Source: a virus (taxonomy: Duplodnaviria > Caudoviricetes). From it: 64,000 bases of DNA. Of this stretch, positions 36,341-47,742 are shown one piece after another. The stretch lies in IMG/VR virus record IMGVR_UViG_3300037067_016777, positions 192,001 to 256,000 of that record. One strand, given 5' to 3'. The notes beneath the pieces are model-generated. The model worked only from the letters and a program-made list of their open reading frames with translations, was not told the origin of the DNA and did not search any database. The position numbers and the translations under genes are program-made. Each line of letters opens with the position of its first letter. Position 1 is the first letter of the stretch.

Positions 36341-37729
36341 GTGGCTAGCAGCAATAACAAAAAGAGTAAACGTCTTGTTGAGGCTGGTATTCCACAAATA
36401 GGTGTATCTCCACTTGTTGTTGTAAAACTAATTTCGCCATCTGGTGGTTCGCCGGTTGATGTTGGTGGTAGCTGTATCAAATACGAATTTATCGCAATGC
36501 TCAATGGTGGTGAACAAGTAAGAGCGAAATTTCACGATCCATATTTTACAGTCTACAAAAATTTTGTCGGTAATGAATACTTTGACTATAGTCGCTCAGA
36601 AATATTTGCACCTGTAGAAATACAGAGTTTTATTCGTTGGAATGCTACTTCTGAAATGAAAACCGAATTACAGAATCATGCATTAGTAACAATGGCACCA
36701 TCTGGCCGTGTAAATGCATCTGAGATAGAATTTCTCGCGGTTGACTATCCCTCATATGTTCTTGTTGGTGGTGATGCTGGCGGTGCTAGCTATCAAGGCA
36801 ATATAGTATCTGTCATACAACAGGTGTTCGATAAATATAGTAAAAGTAGATGCGAACTTAAATTCAAGTGCAAGACGCAAGACAATAAATATAATAGATG
36901 GTGGCAACTTCGGATGGACCCGAAGACATTTATTATGTCTATATTAGACTGGTCTACAAGCTTATCTGATAGTAAAACGCGATGGCTGCTCTATGCCGAT
37001 GGAACCAATTTGACGATCACAGAGCAAGCTGCGATGATTTCAAAACATCGAGCTACATATGAGTGGAGAGGATATGGCGGAGATTCAGATAAAAGAACAG
37101 GAGATATACTTGAGTGGGAATTTATCGGCGATAATGCTTTGCAGATGATTCAGCATCAGGTAGTCACTAGCGGTATGTCGTCAATATCTGGTGAATATTT
37201 TGATCAATCTCAATATCGAGAAAAGAAAAATGTTGTGTTTGTTGGTGATAGACAAACAGATAAAAAACTCAAGCCTAAGGTCGATGCTGGCGGCGGTTTA
37301 TCGAGATCATATAACAAGCCGGCCACTAACGCCGATTTGCTAGATGATGGTTGTGTTGGATGGAGTGATATGGCATCGATACCAGAATTTTCAGCTGGCG
37401 ACATGGGTCTTAAATATCAAGATTTTATAGATGGTCAAGCACGAGGCATGTATCTTTCGTCTAGTTCCACTTTATTACGTATGCGATTTCGCGTGTTTGG
37501 TCATTACATATGGTCTGGCTCAGAAGGACTTGGAGTCGATACTATTTATATCACACTGACATCTTCTTTAGAAGGTGCTCCACCATATTTTGTGGCTGGT
37601 AATTGGATCGTTTACGGATTTCATCATATTTATACGCCTGGGAAATGGGTTACTGATTTATATTGTTATAGACTTGATAAAAACGCCGCAGCAAAAGAAG
37701 TCGGTAAAGGAGTCGGCAAAGGATCATAA
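36341..37729 (+). CDS. putative baseplate hub / tail protein (gp27/gpD-like)
   Basis: GAGGAG before GTG 36341; C-terminal FVAGNWIVYGFHHIY motif; precedes tape measure. Confidence 0.5.
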   Translation: MASSNNKKSKRLVEAGIPQIGVSPLVVVKLISPSGGSPVDVGGSCIKYEFIAMLNGGEQVRAKFHDPYFTVYKNFVGNEYFDYSRSEIFAPVEIQSFIRWNATSEMKTELQNHALVTMAPSGRVNASEIEFLAVDYPSYVLVGGDAGGASYQGNIVSVIQQVFDKYSKSRCELKFKCKTQDNKYNRWWQLRMDPKTFIMSILDWSTSLSDSKTRWLLYADGTNLTITEQAAMISKHRATYEWRGYGGDSDKRTGDILEWEFIGDNALQMIQHQVVTSGMSSISGEYFDQSQYREKKNVVFVGDRQTDKKLKPKVDAGGGLSRSYNKPATNADLLDDGCVGWSDMASIPEFSAGDMGLKYQDFIDGQARGMYLSSSSTLLRMRFRVFGHYIWSGSEGLGVDTIYITLTSSLEGAPPYFVAGNWIVYGFHHIYTPGKWVTDLYCYRLDKNAAAKEVGKGVGKGS

Positions 37730-40700
37730 TGGATGACATAAACAGTTATTTTTTGAATCTTGCATTCAATATCCATACTACGCAGGCTGTTGCTGGTTTG
37801 GGTGGTGTTTTGGACGCTATTACAAACATCCAGAAGAATTTGCAAGATGTCAGTACGATCTTGTCCGATAAAGTCGTTAAATCTTTAGCGACTGTACAGA
37901 AACAATTTGATAAAATAGCGCTTTCAAATGAAAAGATTGCTAAGTCGACTACGAAGCTTAGTGCTGACTTTAAGATAGCTAGCAAGACCATAACATCAAC
38001 ATTACAAAATTACCGAGACATAACCGAAGAACTAGAGAAACATGTTGAATCTAATGAGCTGTCAGCCGACGCTATAGACAGGCAGACTGCTAGTTGTGAT
38101 GAGTTTACGAAGGGTATATCTCAAAATGTCAGTATTGGGCAGCAAATTGCTGCTATATGGGGTAATGTTAGCGATGCAACCAAGAAAACTACAGAAGAAG
38201 GTGGAAAACATATAGGAATTGGGCAACAAATTGCCGCTGTTTGGAGTAATATTAGTAATACAACGAAGAAAACCACAGAAGAAGGAGAAAAACATACAGG
38301 AATTGCAAATTCTATTGCTGCCGCTTGGACTAAAGTGAGGAATGGAGTTGTAGATGTTGTCTTAAATTTTGCTTCTATGATGGTTGGCATTCAGGCAATT
38401 AAACAAACATTTACTAGTTTTGTCGATGAAGAGAACAAATTCAATACTGCCAATTATCGTTTATATGGTACACAAAAACAAATATTATCACTAGTCAACC
38501 AAACGACATCTAAGTTTAAGCTGATGGGCAAAGACGTTATGCCGGCATTTGTTGAGCTTGCTGGTACTATTCGCACTACTACAGATGAACTGGTACGAAT
38601 GGCTTTTGTAAATTCCAGTAATATACATCAACTAGGAGTTTCGCAGAAAGAACTAGCGAATTGGCAACGATCTATGAAGAGTAGCGGCTGGTCTTTAGAT
38701 GAGAGGACGATAGCTCTGAACAAAACCACTGAAGCAATGCAAAAATTTGGTTTCAGTGCTCAACAAGTTTCTGGCATATTGGGTCGACAAGCTAATAGTT
38801 CAATAAGATATAATATGATGTGGGGAAGCGCAAAGAAAGCTGTGCACGAATTTGAAAACACATTACAAGGAATGGCTAGTTTTACAAATGAACCTATTGC
38901 CGCCGTCGATCAAATGGGCGCTGATATAACAAAAGCTTTGTTGTCTACTGAGAAGGTTTTTTATCTAACTAGTCGCGGCATGTCTAAAGTCACCAATAGT
39001 ATGGCAAAAGAAGCGATTGCTGCTGGCGGGACTGCGCAATTACAGTTATTACAAACGAAAGCTGGTATGTCTGAGTTAGTGTCGGAGGCAGTTAAAGATA
39101 AAAAACGAATGGGTGGGGTGCTATCGACGGCTCAGGCAGATATTTGGGCTGATACGATTGGTGTTAGCACAGACACATTAGATATTTGGATGCGTCAAAC
39201 AGAAATGATTGATAAATATAACGCTACCATAAAAGACGCAAGTAAGAATTTGAATTTATTTCTTAGCACAGATGCAGAATTATCCAAATTTTTTAAGGCA
39301 CAAGATAAGGAAATAACTAAGGATATGAGCGCAATAGAGGAATTGAATTATCATTATGGGCGAGCTACTGCGACGATATCGTCCGCATTTGATACGATGT
39401 GGTCTGAACTTACAAGTGCACGCAAGGAATTCATGATTGCGATAGCGCCGGCAATTGTATGGCTTATAAAGGAAGTTCTTACGCCGATAGTCAATTATGT
39501 TGCGAAGATAATACGGTATGCCACTGCAGTAATAAAAGTATTTACACAAACATCAGATGCTATAAAAGAGCTTAACAAATCGGCAGAACCTACAGTTGGG
39601 TGGCTCAATTCATTTGGAAGTGCGATATCAGCAATATGGGCGCGTTTAAGTAAAGCTGCAAAGGCAGTTGCAGTACTTGCAGTTGGATTTGGTGCTCTAT
39701 TTGCGGTTTTTATTGGATCGGCAGTTGCTCTAGGTATGTGGTATGCATTTATGAGAATAACTAGGGTATCTGCGTTGTTATCAATAGCCGCAGCTGCACT
39801 AGCTGTTGGGTACAGCATATATAAAATAGCAGAAGCAATGAGAATGATGGCGACACCAGACATACTATATGGAGTTGCCGCGCTTGCAATAATGCTTGGT
39901 ATGTTTGGAGTGGCAGTTTTTGCTATGACTGCTTTGGCACCAGAGATTTGGTTGACTATTGCCGCTTTAGCTGCATTATCTATTGTTGCATATATAGTTT
40001 CTAAGGCGGCTTTGGGTATGTCGAAGGCATTTGACAGTGTTGTAGATAATGTCATTAGACTAACAGATAAAGTTTCAGCATCTGAACTTATAACAATTGG
40101 TGGCGCGTTAGTAGTATTTGGTGCTGAATTGACAGCCGCTGCGATAGCTATAGGCATTGGTGGCGCTGCGATGGCGATATCTGCAATTGCTCTTGGTCTA
40201 GGTATGGGCGGTCTTAGCGTTGCGATGTTTCTTCTCAGCGACAACGCTATATCTAAGATGAAGATACTCGGAGATGGAAAACTAGAAAGTTTTGGACGCG
40301 GTTTAGGTGTTTTAGCGTCTGGGGTTTCAGATTTTACTAGTGCTATGGGTTGGTGCATTGAGTTTCCTAAAGGTATGAAAGCATTGAATAGTGGTTTGTT
40401 ATCTCTATCTCAAATTGACTCAGTAACGATATCGTCTATAAAGTCTATAATATCAATATTTGACAATTTACAATCTTCGCTTAGTGATATTGCCAATGCA
40501 ATATATGAAGGTGGATATAAAATGATGCTAGGGTCGATATTGTTTCGATCGTCTATCGCAAACATAGCCGCTACTCTTAACGGTCTAAGTGCTGCTGCTG
40601 CAATGTCTGATAAGCTGATTCCAAGCATCAAGGGCTTGACTGACAATATGAGTCAATTACAATCAACCGATATTATAGGTGCATTTAGTAACCTTTTATT

Positions 40701-41121
40701 ATCTATACCTACTATCAATAGCGTTACCAATCAATTGTCGGACGCTATTCAAGTTGGTCAAGAAAAAATTAAACATCAAATAGATGAGCTGAAGGCTTCA
40801 TTTGTTGCTTTGCAATCGATGGCTGAAAGACTCGATGTGCCAATAGGTGCTGCTGAGACAACAACTAAAAAGAAAGTAGTAGCTGAAACTGTTTCTACTA
40901 TACAAGTCAAGACTGAAACTAGTGGAGGGGTATCTGCTCGCTGGCAGCAACAAGAAATGCAAATGAGACAGATAGAATTGATGCAAATCATAGCTGATAT
41001 TATCGGTGCATTTGGGAACGACAGAAATATTGGCACGATCAGGGGTCTACTAGAAGAACATTTACCCAAGCTGGGCGAACAACCATCAAAACTTGGTACC
41101 AGAATGAACAACTGGTCGTGA
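37729..41121 (+). CDS. tail tape measure protein
   Basis: 1130 aa, Ala-rich helical with hydrophobic central region; 28-aa repeats at 38134/38218/38302. Confidence 0.8.
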   Translation: MDDINSYFLNLAFNIHTTQAVAGLGGVLDAITNIQKNLQDVSTILSDKVVKSLATVQKQFDKIALSNEKIAKSTTKLSADFKIASKTITSTLQNYRDITEELEKHVESNELSADAIDRQTASCDEFTKGISQNVSIGQQIAAIWGNVSDATKKTTEEGGKHIGIGQQIAAVWSNISNTTKKTTEEGEKHTGIANSIAAAWTKVRNGVVDVVLNFASMMVGIQAIKQTFTSFVDEENKFNTANYRLYGTQKQILSLVNQTTSKFKLMGKDVMPAFVELAGTIRTTTDELVRMAFVNSSNIHQLGVSQKELANWQRSMKSSGWSLDERTIALNKTTEAMQKFGFSAQQVSGILGRQANSSIRYNMMWGSAKKAVHEFENTLQGMASFTNEPIAAVDQMGADITKALLSTEKVFYLTSRGMSKVTNSMAKEAIAAGGTAQLQLLQTKAGMSELVSEAVKDKKRMGGVLSTAQADIWADTIGVSTDTLDIWMRQTEMIDKYNATIKDASKNLNLFLSTDAELSKFFKAQDKEITKDMSAIEELNYHYGRATATISSAFDTMWSELTSARKEFMIAIAPAIVWLIKEVLTPIVNYVAKIIRYATAVIKVFTQTSDAIKELNKSAEPTVGWLNSFGSAISAIWARLSKAAKAVAVLAVGFGALFAVFIGSAVALGMWYAFMRITRVSALLSIAAAALAVGYSIYKIAEAMRMMATPDILYGVAALAIMLGMFGVAVFAMTALAPEIWLTIAALAALSIVAYIVSKAALGMSKAFDSVVDNVIRLTDKVSASELITIGGALVVFGAELTAAAIAIGIGGAAMAISAIALGLGMGGLSVAMFLLSDNAISKMKILGDGKLESFGRGLGVLASGVSDFTSAMGWCIEFPKGMKALNSGLLSLSQIDSVTISSIKSIISIFDNLQSSLSDIANAIYEGGYKMMLGSILFRSSIANIAATLNGLSAAAAMSDKLIPSIKGLTDNMSQLQSTDIIGAFSNLLLSIPTINSVTNQLSDAIQVGQEKIKHQIDELKASFVALQSMAERLDVPIGAAETTTKKKVVAETVSTIQVKTETSGGVSARWQQQEMQMRQIELMQIIADIIGAFGNDRNIGTIRGLLEEHLPKLGEQPSKLGTRMNNWS

Positions 41122-41122
41122 T

Positions 41123-41770
41123 ATGTCAGCCAATTTATTGCCAATTGATGCGAAATTAGCGGAGCTTGTTATATTCACTATTGGCGTTGAGAATGAATAT
41201 ATTAACAGCTCAAATGCGATAAAATTTCAATTCCCGCCCAAAATATTCAGTGACAATCGCTCAGGAACATGGCAAGAAACACAAGTACCTGGCGATCAGC
41301 CAACACAAATAATTGTAACATCGGGTGCTAGGAAATTTGCATTAGAGTGGACATATGTTATTGGTATGGCGGGATGGACAGTTGATGATGTTAAGCATCA
41401 AGTTCTTATGCTGCGTAATTACTACACAACTAGATATAATACTTCTACTCACTATATTGTTATGTTCAAGATGTGGAAACTTGGCGGATCTGAACCTATG
41501 TCTTGCAGGTTGTCAGATATCGATATTTCTTACGGTAAAGCTATATATGTGCCGAGTACTACGACTAGTGAAAATAGTACACCTGATTATGAAGAAGCTT
41601 TTCCAGTTGTTACGAACATAAAAGTCGGTATGCAGCTCTGGACACGAGGAAACGCAATATCATCTAAAACAAATGAAAAAACTGGTGTAGTAACAGCTGC
41701 ACCAGTTGTACCAACAGATAAGATTAATCTTGAAGGTTTAAAATCAGCAGTCCCGATAGATTGGCAATGA
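41123..41770 (+). CDS. tail tube initiator / baseplate protein
   Basis: FQFPPKI.SDNRSGTW...SGARKF pattern, directly after TMP. Confidence 0.55.
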   Translation: MSANLLPIDAKLAELVIFTIGVENEYINSSNAIKFQFPPKIFSDNRSGTWQETQVPGDQPTQIIVTSGARKFALEWTYVIGMAGWTVDDVKHQVLMLRNYYTTRYNTSTHYIVMFKMWKLGGSEPMSCRLSDIDISYGKAIYVPSTTTSENSTPDYEEAFPVVTNIKVGMQLWTRGNAISSKTNEKTGVVTAAPVVPTDKINLEGLKSAVPIDWQ

Positions 41771-41771
41771 G

Positions 41772-42077
41772 GTGATTATGAGCTCATATATATATTCGAG
41801 GTTTGATACAACTGATCAAGTGTTATATGACGGACATGAGACATATGGTAGATGGAATAGTCCGATTACTGAACAACTTTTGAATAGTCTTAGCTCATAT
41901 GTCGTTACTCAGTACGCTGGTAGGCCAGATCTGATAGCATATCAATTATATGGTAATTCATCATTTGATTGGCTGTTAATAGCTGTAAATAATGCTACAG
42001 AAGCACTAAATTGGCCAAGAGCCGGTACTACAATTCTTGTTCCGTCAGCATCATTAATCTCAAGTGAATTAATATGA
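41772..42077 (+). CDS. baseplate wedge protein (gp53/LysM-like)
   Basis: GRPDLIAYQLYG...WLLIAVNN...GTTILVP. Confidence 0.75.
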   Translation: MIMSSYIYSRFDTTDQVLYDGHETYGRWNSPITEQLLNSLSSYVVTQYAGRPDLIAYQLYGNSSFDWLLIAVNNATEALNWPRAGTTILVPSASLISSELI

Positions 42078-44230
42078 GTGATAATGCTACTATCAGCTTA
42101 GATCGCCTTTTGTCTAATCGCGAGCGTCCACTTAATCAGCGGTTTCCTGGGACGTATCGTGCTATTGTTGTAGAAACAAATGATCCGTTGAATATGCATA
42201 GGATTAGGTTTAAATGCCCAGAAATGCATGATTGGGATCTTAAGCCAGAAGAATGTCCGTGGGCTGTATCACAATTCGCGCTTGGTGGTAAAAATACTGG
42301 CTCGTGGGTGTCGCCATGCATTGGCGATTGGGTGTGGATAACCTTAGAAAAGCAGCACCCGTATGGTCCTATATGGACTGGCTTTTGTACTCCAACTAGA
42401 AGAGCATTTTATCCGTATCCCGCGATTTATAGCATAACGCCGTTACCAGTAGATCAAGAAGGTAATAAAAAGAAGTCGGTACCAAACGATTATAATAGTG
42501 ACTATCTACCAAAAGACTCTAGGCCGATGAGTAGTGGTTTGGTAGATCGATATGGTAGTATGGATATAGTTAGTTCTGTTGGATTTTTCCCTGCAGAACA
42601 TAAAGCAAAACCACCAGGTGCCGATAATGATCCTTTGCAATCACAGATAACTATTAATGCTGATGGGGAAGCTACACCTTATAAGCAGACATCTTTACCG
42701 CCAGAAATGAATAAACCGGACGGTAAATTCATGGTTAGGCTTAGTAAGTATGGTCATTTATTGTTGATGGGAGATCAAGGTTATCATTGGCAGACGTCTG
42801 ACACAACAACTACTGATAACGCTACAGGTAAAAGCACTACAACACAGTCAGAAGTAGGTGAATTCTATGGCGATGTCGACAAAGACAGTGAGTGGGAAAT
42901 AGCACGTTGGAAATATCTACAAAAGCTTATAAATGAAGATTCTGCTAGTGGCGCTGATCAGCGTAGGATGATGTCCTTGACTAGATATGGCCATAAAATG
43001 GAGATGCGTGATGTTGGATGGAATAAGACGCGTGATGGTGAGTACGGAGAACCGCGTGTAATATCTGATAGTACAAATGATGAGCGATGGATAAAGCATC
43101 GTACTAAAGGTGGTATGTTATTTCAAATGTCAGACATAGGATTCGATCCTGTTGATGACACTTTTGTTAAACGGAAACTGATAGACGAGGTTGGGACTAA
43201 GACTGAACAAGAGGACCAATATTGGAAAGGCGATGCACGATGGATGCGTGCAGTTACTCGGTACGGGATTAAACTCGTCTTAGACGATCGCGGATCTTCT
43301 ACAACAAAAGCTGATACTGAAGAAAATCCTCGTGGCTATGGAATATTATTAAAGGGCCGTCGTACACCTGGCGCTCAAGGCACTGAGGTTTCGGGTAATC
43401 CAAAGGGTTTCTTTTGGGAATTTAATGAAAAGGATCAAATCAACCAAAGCACTTGGGGTAGCCCGTTAGGGACGACAGTCCAGATCAACGACAAGCTCCA
43501 ATATTTTATGGTTGGAGCAAGACGATCATATCCAATGCCATGGCAAGGCATTAAAGCAAATGAATTCCTTGAGGATCCATTAGTTTCTGAAGATACTGAA
43601 TTTAATTCGCACCATCTTAAACTTGATCTCCATAACGAATATATTAGGTTAAAAACCGCTGGTGGACATGGTCCAGCACCGTGGGGAAACATAGTTAATC
43701 CTAGAGCGAAAGTTGGTATTCAACAGGGTTTAGAATGTAGAGATGGTAGCCTTGGAGAAGATCCGTGGACTGAATTAGTCGATATTGATGACCGTGGTTT
43801 GTGGTTTTCTGGCAAGGACGGATTAACAGTGTGCCGAGCTAAACAACAGCCGAATGCTGTTAAAATTTGTTGGTGGTTCGATGAGACAAAAAAGGAAATA
43901 GTTATAAAGAATTCTGAATCAGGAAAGATTCAGATAGTTTGTGGTGGTGATGTTGAGGTTATTGCACAGCAAGATGCGAAAGTTTATGCTAAACGCAATA
44001 TTTCAATGCGTAGTAATAATAAGATAACACTAATGGGTGGTAGTGGTCTGCTTGAGATAGATTCTAGTTTTATTAAAATCAATAAGGTATTACGATGGAA
44101 GGGATATCAATCATACATTCCAATACAACCACCAGATATTCCTGTTGTTGCAACCACACCACAATTGAGACCAACTAATCGTGGTACTAGGTACAACACA
44201 GATCTAGAACACAACAAAGATATTATATGA
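42074..44230 (+). CDS. baseplate central spike (gp5/VgrG-like)
   Basis: YRAIVVETNDPLNMHRIRFKCP...WA...PCIGDWVWI OB-fold; C-terminal beta-strand repeats. Confidence 0.8.
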   Translation: MSDNATISLDRLLSNRERPLNQRFPGTYRAIVVETNDPLNMHRIRFKCPEMHDWDLKPEECPWAVSQFALGGKNTGSWVSPCIGDWVWITLEKQHPYGPIWTGFCTPTRRAFYPYPAIYSITPLPVDQEGNKKKSVPNDYNSDYLPKDSRPMSSGLVDRYGSMDIVSSVGFFPAEHKAKPPGADNDPLQSQITINADGEATPYKQTSLPPEMNKPDGKFMVRLSKYGHLLLMGDQGYHWQTSDTTTTDNATGKSTTTQSEVGEFYGDVDKDSEWEIARWKYLQKLINEDSASGADQRRMMSLTRYGHKMEMRDVGWNKTRDGEYGEPRVISDSTNDERWIKHRTKGGMLFQMSDIGFDPVDDTFVKRKLIDEVGTKTEQEDQYWKGDARWMRAVTRYGIKLVLDDRGSSTTKADTEENPRGYGILLKGRRTPGAQGTEVSGNPKGFFWEFNEKDQINQSTWGSPLGTTVQINDKLQYFMVGARRSYPMPWQGIKANEFLEDPLVSEDTEFNSHHLKLDLHNEYIRLKTAGGHGPAPWGNIVNPRAKVGIQQGLECRDGSLGEDPWTELVDIDDRGLWFSGKDGLTVCRAKQQPNAVKICWWFDETKKEIVIKNSESGKIQIVCGGDVEVIAQQDAKVYAKRNISMRSNNKITLMGGSGLLEIDSSFIKINKVLRWKGYQSYIPIQPPDIPVVATTPQLRPTNRGTRYNTDLEHNKDII

Positions 44231-44934
44231 TTATAAGTTACCCAACAGCATTGTATTTATCAGTAGTCCCGCAAGTAGCGTCGGACGAAGGGAATGTGAC
44301 ATATACAATCAGTATGACAACTCCTCCGAACTCTGTCTTGACAGAGGTACAACTACCAGCGGCCATAGAGCGGCGACAGCGAGCGGCAATAGATACAACT
44401 AATCCAGAGGGGCAGAGAATCTATACAAATACTCTCTCTAGTGCGTCTATTATTGGATCTGATAAAAAACAATTCGAAGTTGGTCAGATATTAGAATTTG
44501 ATACTGCTAGTGAATCGACATTGCAACCTATGCTGGTTTCAAACGCATTAGAAGTCAGGCATGATACCAACATTTTAGATTTGTCTTCTCTTGGTATCTC
44601 TGAAGCTGACATTACGGCTATTTACGCCTCTGCAGATACTCAGTTTACTACTCTTAATGCACAATTAAGCGTTATTAGACAAGCTCGCATTGATACTGAA
44701 ACGGATATTGCCGAAAACCAAAAGAATCAGAATGAAACGAAAAAGGCTATTGCTGCGTTAGTGCAACTAGTACAATCCGACCCATCTCTGCAATCAGTGC
44801 TTGATTCATTACAAATTAAGTTAGTTGAACTTACTATTCAAGCAGACGCACTTGTTGCGATGGCGAATGAGCAAGCCAGTGCTGCCACTAATATAGAAAA
44901 CAAGATTTTGGCTGTAGCACAGATGGTGAGATAA
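44227..44934 (+). CDS. hypothetical coiled-coil protein in baseplate module
   Basis: ATGA-coupled; heptad-rich C-half. Confidence 0.6.
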   Translation: MIISYPTALYLSVVPQVASDEGNVTYTISMTTPPNSVLTEVQLPAAIERRQRAAIDTTNPEGQRIYTNTLSSASIIGSDKKQFEVGQILEFDTASESTLQPMLVSNALEVRHDTNILDLSSLGISEADITAIYASADTQFTTLNAQLSVIRQARIDTETDIAENQKNQNETKKAIAALVQLVQSDPSLQSVLDSLQIKLVELTIQADALVAMANEQASAATNIENKILAVAQMVR

Positions 44935-44935
44935 T

Positions 44936-45376
44936 ATGAGCAAAGCAATATATTATGGGTTCAATCCGCCGTTCAAATCGGCTGTGCAGAGTTCTATCAA
45001 TACGACCTCGAACACTAACCTAAATCGATATTGTGGCATATTGCCACGTCAATCTGATTTACGACTTGTCAAGAACGATGTATTGCAGTTATTGCTTACA
45101 TTGCCTGGAGAACGTGTACAAAGACCTACATTTGGAACATCTTTGCGATCAACAGTATTCGAGCCTATGACAGATAGAGTTATATCAGACTTGCGATCTA
45201 ATATACTTTCAGCACTCAGTGCTAATGAGCCAAGATTAATTAATGTTGACGTTCAACTAAAGACGATACCAGCAGACTTACAACTAAATGTTACTGTGAT
45301 GGGAAATATGAGTTATGATCCAACTGAGGAATTCTTATTGAACACGTCAATACCAGCGCCAGGAGTTGCGATATGA
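44936..45376 (+). CDS. baseplate wedge / sheath initiator (gp25-like)
   Basis: LLLTLPGERVQRPTFGTSL...VFEP...EPRL. Confidence 0.9.
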   Translation: MSKAIYYGFNPPFKSAVQSSINTTSNTNLNRYCGILPRQSDLRLVKNDVLQLLLTLPGERVQRPTFGTSLRSTVFEPMTDRVISDLRSNILSALSANEPRLINVDVQLKTIPADLQLNVTVMGNMSYDPTEEFLLNTSIPAPGVAI

Positions 45377-46992
45377 GTGAAGAATTAGAAAATACAGCTT
45401 TTAAGCTGCCGCTGTCGCCAGATGAATTCGATGTCATGCTGCCTCCGGCTAAGCTTAGACGTATTGATTTTAGTGCACTTGATTTCGATACATCAAGGCG
45501 TGCGATTATTGAGTATATTAGGACATATTACCCTGATGATTTTAATGACTGGGTTGCGCATAGTGGTATAATGATGCTAATAGAGACTCAGGCTAATAAC
45601 GTAGCTAAATTGAGTCTTAGATCTGATTTATTATCTAATGAGTCGTTTCTACCAACATGTCAGACTGAAACAGCTCTCATAGAGCATTTAGCACTTATTA
45701 ATCAAACAGTGAAATCGCAGACGCCAGCTGTAGTTGATATAGAAGTATCTGTGCAGTCGGCTTTAACAATAAATATCGATATTGACGCAGGCACTAGATT
45801 TAATATTACCGGCCCAGATGGAAAATCATTATACTATGAATTATTTCGCGCCCCTGGCGATTTTACTAGTAGCATTATTATACCAGCTGGTAAACGTGGT
45901 GTAATAGGATATGGAATTGAGGGGAAATTTGCTGGGCCGATAACTTTATATAGCCCTGGCGGAGCAAATCAGAAATATACTATCACAGCAGAAAATATTT
46001 TAGAAGAACCAATTTCGGTAGATGTTTATACCGGCGATATGCCATCATCGTGGATCGTCACAACTAATCCATTAGAAACTTATACAGCAGATGTAGAAGT
46101 TGTGAATGCTACGTTTTATGCCGATAGAGTTGATTTATTATTTGGCGATAATGTAAATGGTAAAGCACCACTCGCAGGTCAAGAAATTGTAGTAAATTAT
46201 CGTATTGGTGGTGGTGTTAGAGGCCGAATTGGGAGCTATACAATAAATGAATCGCGATCAGTGTCGTCGACTATGTTAAGCGCAACTGCACCAGTGCAAA
46301 TTACTTTCAGAAATCTAGAATCTAGTTCTGGTGGTACAGACAGAGAAACTTTAGCACAAGCTAAAAAGAGAGCACCGCGAGATTTTGCAGTAAGGGCGTT
46401 TGCTTCAGATAGACCAGCAAGTATTACAACGAGTTCTGATTATGCTCAAGTTGTTAGCAGCTTCGCTAGCCCAGTATATGGATCTGTGGCAAAAGCTGTC
46501 GCAACAATTCGCACCGACTTAAATGCTAATTTGGTAGAGTTATATATTCTAGCATATGGATCAGATGGACTAGTAACTCCAAGTTTAGGTTTAAAACAGG
46601 CTGTTAAGACATATGTTAGTCAATATAATGTATTAACAGATACCGTCAATGTTTTAGATGGTGCGATTAAATCAATTGCTATCAATATGACTGTTGTAGT
46701 TAATCGTAATGCCGATGCGTCAGTTGTTCGAACTAATGTGAACGCTGCATTAGATTCATTTTTCAATGTAGATAATAGAGAGTTGGGGCAGCCATTATAT
46801 GTATCGGATGTTATAGACACGGTATCAAATGTTGATGGAGTATCTTACGTCGATTTATTTAATCCTGCAAATAACATTTTGCAGACGAACGAACTTGCTG
46901 ATCCGAACAATACGACTGGTGTTGGAATAAACGAGATAATCGTAGAAGGAGAGCGAAGCGTGAAATTCTTCTACGAGAAATCGCGTGTTTAA
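45373..46992 (+). CDS. baseplate wedge protein (gp6/baseplate J-like)
   Basis: DFSALDFD, FGDNVNGKAP, YRIGGG.RG, GGTDRET. Confidence 0.85.
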   Translation: MSEELENTAFKLPLSPDEFDVMLPPAKLRRIDFSALDFDTSRRAIIEYIRTYYPDDFNDWVAHSGIMMLIETQANNVAKLSLRSDLLSNESFLPTCQTETALIEHLALINQTVKSQTPAVVDIEVSVQSALTINIDIDAGTRFNITGPDGKSLYYELFRAPGDFTSSIIIPAGKRGVIGYGIEGKFAGPITLYSPGGANQKYTITAENILEEPISVDVYTGDMPSSWIVTTNPLETYTADVEVVNATFYADRVDLLFGDNVNGKAPLAGQEIVVNYRIGGGVRGRIGSYTINESRSVSSTMLSATAPVQITFRNLESSSGGTDRETLAQAKKRAPRDFAVRAFASDRPASITTSSDYAQVVSSFASPVYGSVAKAVATIRTDLNANLVELYILAYGSDGLVTPSLGLKQAVKTYVSQYNVLTDTVNVLDGAIKSIAINMTVVVNRNADASVVRTNVNAALDSFFNVDNRELGQPLYVSDVIDTVSNVDGVSYVDLFNPANNILQTNELADPNNTTGVGINEIIVEGERSVKFFYEKSRV

Positions 46993-47006
46993 TAAAAAGA
47001 AACAAA

Positions 47007-47369
47007 ATGCATATACCAATTAGCCCTGTACAGGGCAAGCGCTGGGGTTCGACTCAAAGCATATTCTGTTTAAACGGCATAGACGTAAATAGATTATTAC
47101 CGCTTGCACGCGGTTTTTGTTCAGAGCATTGCCACGCCTGTAAATTCTCTCGATTTTTTGTGCTTCGAGGGAAAATGAAAATTACTATTTTTAGAGATGA
47201 TCTACTAGATGAAATAGTGCTAAATCCTAATATGTGTACTGACGTTCCACCAGGAGTATGGCATAAATTTGAGGCTCTGGAAGACTCTGATGTCATTGAG
47301 ATCTATTGGGTAGTACTGGACGATAACGATATTGAAAGACGAACGACCGGTGGGATTAATACCAACTAA
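47007..47369 (+). CDS. cupin-fold protein
   Basis: K.WG, SEHCH..K...F.VL.G, VPPGVWHKFEA. Confidence 0.75.
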   Translation: MHIPISPVQGKRWGSTQSIFCLNGIDVNRLLPLARGFCSEHCHACKFSRFFVLRGKMKITIFRDDLLDEIVLNPNMCTDVPPGVWHKFEALEDSDVIEIYWVVLDDNDIERRTTGGINTN

Positions 47370-47742
47370 TTCATGCAGTGAGCAGATTTTAGACGATAAA
47401 GTTATACCGTTATGGTTGATCGTATTTGATCAAGATCCAACTAAAGCATATCTTTGCACCACTAAAAATAAAGTATTGGCTTCTGTTGAAGGAGCGATTC
47501 GTGGTACATATGGCGATGAAGCAGATTTTCTAGCGCCACCAGTTATAAATCAAATAGATAAGACATGGGGACAATCATTTATTAGTTTGAAGTGTCCGCC
47601 TTCTCTTGATTTGTTTGTGCATAGATTAGAGATCGACAAACATAATCCGATAGGAAAGCTATTGTTGGAATGTTATGATGCACTGCCATATGATTCGCTA
47701 CGCACAAAAATAGCGAATCTATTTGTCGATTCAGCTAACTAG
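47332..47742 (+). CDS. hypothetical protein
   Basis: ORF in operon; start uncertain. Confidence 0.5.
   Translation: MKDERPVGLIPTNSCSEQILDDKVIPLWLIVFDQDPTKAYLCTTKNKVLASVEGAIRGTYGDEADFLAPPVINQIDKTWGQSFISLKCPPSLDLFVHRLEIDKHNPIGKLLLECYDALPYDSLRTKIANLFVDSAN

Noticed and set aside
38134-38330. 84-bp repeats in the tape measure gene
   Set aside because: Trp-spaced repeats are ordinary for tape measure proteins.
39495-40358. 287-aa antisense ORF within the tape measure gene
   Set aside because: Shadow frame of Ala-rich coding sequence; no RBS or motif.
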